A DNA stretch of 64,000 bases, from assembly GCA_950097015.1 (NCBI GenBank), contig CATNEN010000025.1:6076001-6140000 (forward strand), written 5' to 3'. This document shows, in pieces, positions 1 through 10,290 of this stretch. The notes under the pieces were generated by a model. The model was not told the origin of the DNA. It made no database searches and saw nothing but the letters and a program-made list of their open reading frames with translations. Made by a program: the position numbers and the translations under genes. Source of the stretch: Macrostomum hystrix. Its lineage: Eukaryota; Animalia; Platyhelminthes. Position 1 is the first letter of the stretch; each line of letters starts with the position of its first letter.

Positions 1-1337
1 ATGGGAAGGTGAGGGTTGCAGATGCCTACCTGCCTACAACTGCCAAAGAATCGGCGGCTTGAGCAGTTAAAAAAGCTTCTCCAGCCAGCCAGCCATGTAA
101 TTAGACCCCTGAGCACAGAAAGCCAGAACTCAAGTAGTTGGGCTTTGTTAATTCCTTACGGTATTTCGCACTTGGGCAATAAAAGAGTTGCAGACTGTTG
201 CAGTTAAACAGTTGAATTCAGCTGAGTTCAGGCTGGATAGGTGCTTTTCGTCAGCTGAGGTGTCAGCTTGGCGGTAAAATGCTCTCTGACAGTATAGAAG
301 CTTTAATTAATATAGAGAACAATGGCCCACAGGTAGAAGGCAATAAAATATCAGTGGATTAGGCCACAAGCCTGAAAAACTTGGTGCATTGTGCTAAATT
401 GTTTGCGTGCTACAATCTTAGCTTAAATTTTAGTTTTTTTCATCGCCATTTCTCGCTAACTGGATATTTTACAAGCGCATACAATGACCGGCACTGACTC
501 GCCTTTCACACCTCTAACTGACTTACCCGAGCTAAAAATGGCCAACAATGTCATCATTTCACATTTTCCATTTCCCGTTAAATTTTTTTTCCAAAACGGC
601 CATTAAAATTTGATGTCTTATACCATTAATAGTCGTGTTGCACTACTCATTGAACAGCAATACAAGTAGCATGTCCAGGTTATTAGAATTGAATTCAATC
701 GGAGGTAGTTGCTGTTAATCAGCAAGAGTTTAATCGCACATTTCAAATGCATAATATTAATAATATGTAAAGATATATATTTAGAAATATCAATAAAAAT
801 GGCAGGCTTCAACCCCTGCTTGCGGTCTCTCTTTCTTTAGAGAAACTCGCACAGGGCACAAACTTAATATTTATATAATTAGAACAAACTTATATGCGAG
901 AAAAATGAATGTGCATTACAAACACATTGATTTGACAATTTCCAGATTCTTCTACAAACTGATCTCGAAACCTTGCAAAATGGGCATAACAAAATTGTAG
1001 AGATCTGTACAGGGCAAAGACAAAATAACCCGCGCGCAAACGCAACAATGGCCAAGGCGAAAAAAACTGAAACAAACTTGTAGCCTAACTTCTGCAGTTT
1101 TTGGTGAGCAAAAATGCGCGTCCATTTACAATGAGAGTTATTTGCTTCTTCCTAAATAAAAACCTTTTTATAAGGAGCCAGATTGACTTGAAAATTGAAA
1201 ACTTACCAGCGCGTGTAAGATAGTTTGAGAACGAATTGAGCATTCTGGGAGAGCGGGGAACAGAGAAAGCAGACATGGGAGACCGACTGAGGAAGAAAGA
1301 AAGAGGAGAAAGGGAAACTGTAAAATCTGTGCCGTGA

Positions 1338-2280
1338 GATGGAGAAACAAGTAGGGAAGTGGAAAACGATGGGGAAACACGTAGGGAAGTGGAAAAGGAT
1401 GGGGAAATGAGTAGGGAAGTGAAAAATGATGGGGAAACACGTAGGGAAGTGGAAAATGATGGGGAAACAAGTAGGGAAGTGGAAAAGGATGGGAAAACAC
1501 GTAGGGAAGTGGAAAATGATGGGGAAACACGTAGGGAAGTGGAAAATGATGGGGAAACAAGTAGGGAAGTGGAAAAGGATGGGAAAACACGAAGGGAAGT
1601 GGAAAATGATGGGGAAACACGTAGGGAAGTGGAAAATGATGGGGAAACAAGTAGGGAAGTGGAAAATGATGGGGAAACAAGTAGGGAAGTGGAAAATGAT
1701 GGTGAAACACGTAGGGAAGTGGAAAACGATGGGGAAACACGTAGGGAAGTGGAAAACGATGGGGAAACACGTAGGGAAGTGGAAAATGATGGGGAAATGA
1801 GTAGGGAAGTGGAAAATGATGGGAAACACGTAGGGAAGTGGAAAATGATGGTGAAACACGTAGGGAAGTGGAAAATGATGGGGAAACACGTAGGGAAGTG
1901 GAAAATGATGGGGAAACACGTAGGGAAGTGGAAAATGATGGGGAAACACGTAGGGAAGTGGAAAATGATGGGGAAACACGTAGGGAAGTAGAAAATGATG
2001 ATGAAACACGTAGGGAAGTGGAAAATGATGGTGAAACACGTAGGGAAGTGGAAAAGGATGGGGAAACACGTAGGGAAGTGGAAAATGATGGGGAAATACG
2101 TAGGGAAGTGGAAAATGATGGTGAAACACGTAGGGAAGTGGAAAAGGATGGGGAAACACGTAGGGAAGTGGAAAATGATGGGGAAATACGTAGGGAAGTG
2201 GAAAATGATGGGGAAACAAGTAGGGAAGTGGAAAAGGATGGGTAAACACGTAGGGAAGTGGAAAAGGATGGGGAAACACG
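1338..2280. repeat. 30-bp minisatellite (GTAGGGAAGTGGAAAATGATGGGGAAACAC)n, about 31 copies
   Basis: Unit is directly visible, with a 1-bp deletion near 1822 that shifts the register. It explains the repetitive ORFs on both strands at 1085-2458. Confidence 0.97.
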
Positions 2281-2882
2281 TTGTGAGGATGGAGAACAAT
2301 GGAAGGGAGTAAATGAGTAAACACGGGAGGGAAGTGGAAGAAGCCTTCAAAACATGGGAAGTAAAATTCTGTACTTCAGACACAATGATCGAGTTAAAAA
2401 GCGCGAATACTAAAACTCTAAAAAACTGCTGCTGCTGATAAAAATAACAATGACGCAACAGAAAAAAGCATTACCAAAATTGATTTATAAAAAAAATTCG
2501 CGAAATTTGAGGACGTAGCTAGCCAGACAGGCCAATAAAAGTCGGTACACAAGGTTCTCAGCCTTTGCACTTTTAAGTTTTTCGTTTTATGCGAGTGTAA
2601 GTGGGAAAAAATGAAATACGAGCTACATCCGCTTTGGTCGCTTCGCCAAACACACAGATAATAGTAAAATAGTTCAGAGAAGCTATAGTTGAAAAAGGCA
2701 TAGAGACAGCAAGTCTCACTTAAATGAGGGAGTAATTCAACTAGAATCGGACATTGTATCGAAGAAATTGTTCTATAGATATATATACAGGTCACACATG
2801 CACGCACGGAGCTGTTAAGCTAAATGTAGGGAGAGAAAACAGTTTAAAGACACAGATGACACAGCAGAAGCAAGGTCTAGGA

Positions 2883-3749
2883 CAGGGGTCGGCAAACTCC
2901 GGCCCCCGGGCCAGATGCGGCCCTCGAAGCTCCCAAATCCGGCCCGTTGCCCCTTCTGACATCTACAGTGTCCTGTTTCATCTCTCTCGTGTCTCATCTC
3001 TCCCGTGTCTCATCTCTCCCGTGTCTTATCTCACCCGTGTCTCATCTCTCCCGTGTCTTATCTCACCCGTGTCTTATCTCTCCCGTGTCTTATCTCACCC
3101 GTGTCTCATCTCTCCCGTGTCTCATCTCTCCCGTGTCTTATCTCTCCCGTGTCTAATCTCTCCCGTGTCTCATCTTTCCCGTGTCTTATCTATCCCATGT
3201 ATTATCTCTCCCGTGTCTTATCTATCCCGTGTATAATCTCTCCAGTGTCTCATCTCTCCCGTGTCTTATCTCACCCGTGTCTCATCTCTCCCGTGTCTTA
3301 TCTCTCCCGTGTCTAATCTCACCTGTGTCTAATCTCTCCCGTGTCTAATCTCTCCCGTGTCTCATCTTTCCCGTGTCTTATCTATCCCATGTATTATCTC
3401 TCCCGTGTCTTATCTATCCCGTGTATTATCTCTCCCGTGTCTTATCTCTCCCGTGTCTTATCTCTCCCGTGTATTATCTATCCCGTGTATTATCTCTCCC
3501 GTGTCTTATCTCACCCGTGTCTTATCTCTCCCGTGTCTCATCTCTCCCGTGTCTTATCTCTCCCGTGTCTAATCTCTCCCGTGTCTCATCTCTCCCGTGT
3601 CTAATCTCTCCCGTGTCTCATCTCTCCCGTGTCTTATCTATCCCGTGTCTCATCTCTCCCCTATCTCATATTAATACAGTCAATGCGGCCCGCTGTCGTC
3701 TTTTAGGTTCTCTCTTTGGCCCGCCAGCAGATAATTTTGCCTACCCCTG
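2883..3749 (+). mobile_element. Non-autonomous hAT MITE with internal 17-bp minisatellite (copy 1)
   Basis: TIRs are CAGGGGTCGGCAAA and TTTGCCTACCCCTG. An exact 8-bp TSD GTCTAGGA sits at 2875-2882 and 3750-3757. The interior (~2980-3660) is an array of ~TCTCTCCCGTGTCTTA/CTCA units. A second, inverted copy lies at 59989-60470. Confidence 0.93.
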
Positions 3750-4270
3750 GTCTAGGAGAACGGGCCTGACTAAACGGGTAAAGCAGAATTGAACACACGC
3801 ACAGGTGTGCAGGCAGAACAATACGCAGTTAATATAGAAGAAACCTACAGCTACAACAACAAAAAAGCAGCAAGATTTAGAATCCGCAGGCATGTGTCTT
3901 GTGGCGCTATTTATATTTTATTTATAATTTATTATTCAAAGCTGATAGAGTAGTCTTGACGGACCCGATATGTATCGAAAACAGACATGAGCCTTGATTA
4001 ATTATGTTGCAAATAAGCAACTATTACAATATTACTTTTTAAATACTAAAACAGAAATTAACACTACTAACTATGAGAGTAGTACATCGCGAGTAACCCA
4101 CCCTAGATTTACTTAGACTTGTTGAACAGCCAGAAAAACGAAAAAACCAAAAAAACAGCCCACATGCAGTGCATTGAAGGTATAGACAGAACAAAAGCAA
4201 GATTATTGCTAATTGAAAAATAGAGGGCTAGTCAAACAAACCTAATTATGTGTGTCAGTATCTATGCGAG

Positions 4271-4646
4271 TCACATGGCCTGATGATAAGGTGACGGTGG
4301 CGGCAGTCCAGTAGCCGGGTGGGTATGATGCATGGCAACTGGTTGATGATGATGATGATGATGATGGTTGTGATACTGCTGATGGTAGGCGACGCCACCG
4401 CCGCTAGCAGATCCGTATGAGGCGTACTCATAGTGCATTCTGTACTCTGCATCAATCTGCTGCTGCTGCTGCTGAGGGTGCTGTGGATACTGGTGCTGCA
4501 TCAGGTGCTGCTGCTGATGCTGCTGGTAACTAGACTGCTGATAGCTGCCACTATAGTAATCCTTGCCGTCTGTCTCCACGTATTGGCTGTGCTGATGCAG
4601 CTGTTGATGCTGCACTGGATAGTTGTATTGGTGATGAAGCGTCTGT

Positions 4647-4681
<35 letters not shown>

Positions 4682-7600
4682 AACATTTTTCGCTGACGAA
4701 GCCGCAGCTGCTGATGCCGCGGCTGCTGCAGCGGCTGAAGCTGCTAATGAGTCTTGCTGCTGCTGCTGAGGAGTGGAAAGCTGGCTGCTGGGCTTGTACT
4801 GAATGGTGTTGGCGCTCTTAGCAGAGATTTGCACCCCTGTACTGGTCTGCGGTTGCTGCGCCTGCTGTTGTTGTTGCTGATGTGCGTGCGGCTGCTGCTG
4901 CTGCGGCTGCGGCTGCTGATGCTGCTGCATCGGAACAGCTGGATAGGCCATTGCCTGCTGTTGCACCTGTTGGTTGCCGGGTAGAAGGATGCCAGGGTAT
5001 TGCGTGTATTTAAACTTTCTATTAACTCAAACTGAGGATCTGGGAGAGTGACAGCTCAACCTGAAGATATGGGAGTAACAACTCAACCTGAGCATGTGGA
5101 AGAGTGACAGCTCAACCTGAGCATGTGGGAGGGTGACAGCTCAACCTGAGGAATGGGAGAGTGACAGCTCAACCTGAGCATGTGGGAGGGTGACAGCTCA
5201 ACCTGAGGAATGGGAGAGTGACAGCTCAACCTGAGCATGTGGGAGGGTGACAGCTCAACCTGAGGATATGGGAGAGTGACAGCTCAACCTGAGCATGTGG
5301 GAGAGTGACAGCTCAACCTGAGGAATGGGAGAGTGACAGCTCAACCTGAGGAATGGGAGAGTGACAGCTCAACCTGAGCATGTGGGAGGGTGACAGCTCA
5401 ACCTGAGGATACAGGAGAGTGACAGCTCAACCTGAGGATATAGGAGAGTGACAGCTCAACCTGAAGATATGGGAGTAACAACTCAACCTGAGCATGTGGA
5501 AGAGTGACAGCTCAACCTGAGGAATGGGAGAGTGACAGCTCAACCTGAGGAATGGGAGAGTGACAGCTCAACCTGAGCATGTGGGAGGTGACAGCTCAAC
5601 CTGAGGATATGGGAGAGTGACAGCTCAACCTGAGCATGTGGGAGAGTGACAGCTCAACCTGAGGAATGGGAGAGTGACAGCTCAACCTGAGGAATGGGAG
5701 AGTGACAGCTCAACCTGAGCATGTGGGAGGGTGACAGCTCAACCTGAGGATACAGGAGAGTGACAGCTCAACCTGAGGATATAGGAGAGTGACAGCTCAA
5801 CCTGAGGATATGGGAGAGTGACAGCTCAACCTGAGGATATGGGAGAGTGACAGCTCAACCTGAGGATATGGGAGAGTGGCAGCTCAACCTGAGGATATGG
5901 GAGAGTGACAGCTCAACCTGAGGATATGGGAGAGTGACAGCTCAACCTGAGGATATGGGAGAGTGACAGCTCAACCTGAGGATATGGGAGAGTGGCAGCT
6001 CAACCTGAGGATATGGGAGAGTGACAGCTCAACCTGAGGATATGGGAGAGTGACAGGATAACCTGAGCATCTGAGAGATCCAAAGCATAGTACTAACCTG
6101 CATGTGCCCGTGCGCGCCCACACCATTGACTGCCTGATAGTTGATCTGCTGCACGTTGAGCTGGGCATTTACAAATGTATTGTTAACCACCATAGGCTGC
6201 TGCTGTTGCTGTTGCATTGGGGGTTGGGACGGTGGTGGTGGCTGGGGCTGCTGCTGCTGCTGCGATTGCTGATGCTGAGGGTGTCTCATACCGATGGACT
6301 GAAACGGAACTCCCATTACGGGCACATCTTTGCTCAGCTTGTCCAGACTAGCTAAACTGGCGCTGGTGATGTTTCTGCTAGTAGATGCACTACTGCTAGT
6401 AGTAGTATTAACAATAGGCGGCGGTTCTAATCCAACAGGAAACGTTGGCTTAATGTCGACGATAGCAGTATTTTGTACTACAGAGTTCTGCTGTTGTTGT
6501 TGCTGCTGCTGCTGTTGCTGCTTCTGCTGATCCTTTTTTCGTCGCTTACTAGCCCCAGAGGACGACGATTTTGGCGTTGCTGCTGCTGTTGCAGCATTAC
6601 CAGCTGCTGTCGAAGTCGGCGCCGTAGAAGTTGTTAAAGAGGCCTGTGGAAGCTGAGGATGGGCATAGTACTGAGACGGATCATTCATCTTCATCATTGG
6701 CATGGGAGGCGCCGGCTGCAGTGGATAGTTGCATTGCTGCTGAGGTCGCTGCGGCTGATACGGCGGACCTGGTATTCCGACTGCCGGATTAGGCGTCGAT
6801 GCGGATGCCGCAGCGGCGGCGGCTGCTGCAGCTGCAGCGGCGGCGGCGGCGTTCGGATGCGGGCGCTTGCTCCCAGCGGTTGGGCCGACAAGTGGCTGCA
6901 TTGGAGACGGACCGGCGGGATAAGCGCCTTGGAAGTGCTGGTGGGGATGCAGATGCGGATTGGGCATCATTTGCACATGCTGATAGTGCTGCTGATGGGG
7001 ATCGCCGTGGGGATAGCGCCGCATCATGCTGTCCCATTCCTGTTGAGCTTGGGGATTTTCGCTGCTTCCAGTGTCCATGGGATGCGGAGGATGCGCTTGT
7101 AAGGCTGGTGGCGGAGGAGGCGGCAGCGGCGGCGGCGGCTGCATCTGCTGAGGTGCCAGGCCGGCCGACTGGCCAATCTGCATGATGCGCTGCAGTTTCT
7201 CTTCCCGCTTCCGACGCTGTTCAACTGAAATGCCAGCGCTGCCAGCTGCGGCCGCCGCCGCCGCTGCCGCCGCCGCTGCAGCCGCCGCCGATGGGGGATG
7301 CTGATGCTGCTGCGGCTGCTGCTGAGAAGGCATGACAGGCAGGTGAGGAGGTTGTTGAGCTCGTTCAAGCCAGGTCTGATGCCACTGATCCGGGCGCACA
7401 CTATGACCGCTGGCCGCGCACTGACGGCTGCACTCGTTGGCCAGCCGGCTGTGGAAGACGCGCACAGGCGGCTGCGAGTACTGCCCGTAGGCGCAGTGGC
7501 TCGCGCCATTGGACAACTGGGCTGGCGGCATGATTGGCTGCTGCTGCTGCTGCTGCCAGGGTGGCGATGCCGAGAGGTAGTGCTGATGCGGCTGCTGAAA

Positions 7601-10290
7601 AGTTGGACAATGCGAGTGTTTAGAACAGACTCAAACAGTGACATCTGGGCAATAATTATGAACTCTCACCATTGATTCCGACTGACAATAGGCTGCCGCA
7701 GGTGATTTGACAAATTGCTGCTGCTGCTGCTGCGGCTGCTGTTGCTGAAAATGTTGATGATGCTCCACTGGTCCACAATAGTCTGTCACTGGTGCAGCAT
7801 AAGGAGACTGTGGATACTGCTGCGAATGTAGGTGATAAGTAGGTAAAATGTATTCAACAGTCAAACTTCAATCACACTCTTCGACTTGACTTTGCTGAGT
7901 TGCATAATGCACGAACTGTCAAATAATGATGTGCCAGTGCCCACTGCCCAGCTGCATATAGTGCTATTATTATTGCACGAACTGTCAAATAATGATTTGC
8001 CAGTGCCCACTGCCCAGCTGCATATAGTGCTATTATTATTGCACGAACTGTCAAATAATGATGTGCCAGTGCCCACTGCCCAGCTGCATATAGTGCTATT
8101 ATTATTGCACGAACTGTCAAATAATGATGTGCCAGTGCCCACTGCCCAGCTGCATATAGTGCTATTATTATTGCACGAACTGTCAAATAATGATTTGCCA
8201 GTGCCCACTACCCAGCTGCATATAGTGCTATTATTATTGCACGAACTGTCAAATAATGATTTGCCAGTGCCCACTGCCCAGCTGCATATAGTGCTATTAT
8301 TATTGCACGAACTGTCAAATAATGATTTGCCAGTGCCCACTACCCAGCTGCATATAGTGCTATTATTATTGCACGAACTGTCAAATAATGATTTGCCAGT
8401 GCCCACTACCCAGCTGCATATAGTGCTATTATTATTGCACGAACTGTCAAATAATGATTTGCCAGTGCCCACTGCCCAGCTGCATATAGTGCTATTATTA
8501 TTGCACGAACTGTCAAATAATGATTTGCCAGTGCCCACTGCCCAGCTGCATATAGTGCTATTATTAATGCACGAACTGCAGACGACAACACAGACGCAGC
8601 CATTGCGTGGCGCATCTGAAGGCTGTTCAGTCCATGGACTGGGGGGACGCCACACCCACCCTCAATTACCCTAGCTAATGCTGGTACCAATTTAACAGAA
8701 GCAATGTAGAGTCAAGTGTCTCGCTAAAGGACACTTTTTTGCAATCGAATCAGGACTCGAACTCCCGACACTCAATTCGACGCTCTAACCACTAGGCTAC
8801 AACTAGGCAAACTATACTACTTTAGACGATATAGTCAGTAGAAAGTTAGGGTCGACATACACAATAAGCTTTTTTATTAAATTTCTTTGAATGCTCCTTA
8901 CCCTTGGATCGCGTGGTGGTACTGGACGATAAGCAGCGGTGCTTGCCACAGAATTATTAGGCATTGATGCTATGGAAGTCGGAGCTACAAACTGCTGCTG
9001 TTGCTGTGGGGGCAGCTGCTGCTGCTGATGAAAAGTTGTGGGACTGCTATTCGATCCGGGATTCGAACCCCCACCGCCCTGCTGATGCGGCTGCACCAAC
9101 GCGGAAGGCGTGTGAGGCATGGAACCTGGCGTGCAAGGATGCTGCTGCTGCTGCTGAGTGAGCTGAGACGGCAGCGGCAGCGGTGGGGTAGATCGTTCAG
9201 CTTCCTCCTCTTCGTCAGCTGGCACGGGCTCATTGCGGGCCCGCCGAAGCTCCCGACAGTGCAGACGCTCCATGCGGAGTAGGCGGGATGGGTGCAGCTC
9301 GTCATTGCCCTGCAGGTGGCAGCCCTGCTTCATCTCATCGATGACGAGTTCCAGAAGGCAGGACTGCAAAAATAGGCCCATTTCGCGCTCGTTCTCGTTC
9401 CTAGAGGCTGTCATGTTGGCCGTGAAGCGCTCCCAGTCTTCCGCCGAGGGGCCGACAACCATTTCAAAGGCCTGCTGAGACGCGTGTTGCTGGCCGCCAG
9501 CAGTTCCGTTGCCAACGGCACCGACGCTGCCGACTCCGCCGTTGACGACGCCTCCACCGTTAACACCGCCGCCGGATCGATCTTCGCCTAGGCGCTGCCG
9601 ATAGAGCCGATGATCGTCCAGGTAATAGTGGCGACGATTTCGGGAATCCGTGCCGCAGTTGATGGCCACCTGGTTAGTGTCGTCCTGTGCTGAATTCTGC
9701 GCTTCGTACTTCATGTCCTGCATCTCCCAGCCAGGTATGACGTCATCGTTCAGGTAGTCGATTACCTGGATCGAGTTTTCAAGGGTGAGGGAGAAGCTGA
9801 TCATCGCATGAACCAAAGAGCTTCCTATTGATAATATTGTGTCATCACAAACCTTCTTGAGCAGCCTGGCTTTGGATTCAAAGCTGAGTTCGTCCAGTTT
9901 ATTAGCGGCCATCATTTTGGCAATGTGCGGCCGCTTCTCTTGAAAATAAGCCGCCAATTGGTGCTCGGCGTTGGCCATGTTCACATTGGGATCGCCGCCA
10001 CGGACCACGCGCAGCATTCTGGCCAGGATGTCTCGCACAGCGCTAGTATCGCTGCTATCTAGGACGCGTTCCAGGTCAACTAGGCGCACCTTGGCGAAAC
10101 GAAACCGACGCTTGTGATAGACTAGGAAGTACAGCACAGTGGGCAGCTGCCAGTCCTCCAGTTTGCGGACAGTTGAACGGCTGGAACCGCTGTCAGAGTG
10201 ATGAGCAGACAGGTTGGACAGTGGTCCATTCGACAGTGGCCCGTTGGACAGTGGTCCATTGGACAGGGGACCGCCGCTGCTGTGGTCCAT
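4271..10290 (-). CDS. Predicted 4-exon ~1243-aa nuclear protein: N-terminal DDT/WHIM (CECR2/RSF1/dikar-like) module plus Q/P/A-rich C-terminal half with BCL9/Legless-like motifs
   Basis: Exons are 10290-8902 (AGG|GTAAGG), 7819-7670 (TTCGCAG|, ATG|GTGAGA), 7594-6098 (TTTTCAG|, CAG|GTTAGT) and 4966-4271 (CAACAG|, TGA). All junctions are phase 0 and open. By recall, DWQLPTVLYF, LSFESKARLLKKVCD, GTDSRNRRHYYLDDHRLYR and EDWERFTANM..EREMGLFL match the CECR2/RSF1 DDT and WHIM1-3 segments. GISVEQRRKREEKLQRIMQI resembles BCL9 HD2. Confidence 0.72.
5025..6070. repeat. 28-30-bp intronic minisatellite (CTCAACCTGAGGATATGGGAGAGTGACAG)n, about 36 copies
   Basis: Direct tandem array filling almost all of intron 4967-6097. 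Confidence 0.97.
7908..8577. repeat. 66-bp intronic tandem repeat, about 10 copies
   Basis: Period is 66 (TGCACGAACTG at 7908, 7974 and onward). It lies within intron 7820-8901 and abuts a SINE. Confidence 0.97.
8580..8801 (-). mobile_element. tRNA-derived SINE, family 1 (degenerate copy)
   Basis: The minus-strand head TGTAGCCTAGTGGTTAGAGCG...GAGTTCGAGTCC carries Pol III A and B boxes. The body (GGTACCAGCATTAGCT, CAGTCCATGGACTGAAC) is shared with 32622-32818 and 40770-41032. Confidence 0.78.

Noticed and set aside
500-560. Possible minus-strand micro first exon (MMTLLAIFSS, G|GTAAGT at ~525)
   Set aside because: It is too short, and any downstream exons cannot be verified within the window.
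1085-2458. Long repetitive ORFs (ENDGETRREV, FHFPTCFPII)
   Set aside because: They are translations of a 30-bp minisatellite, open on both strands, with an internal frameshift and no splice or start context.
7861-8674. 260-aa ORFs on both strands
   Set aside because: They are products of the 66-bp array inside a well-defined intron.
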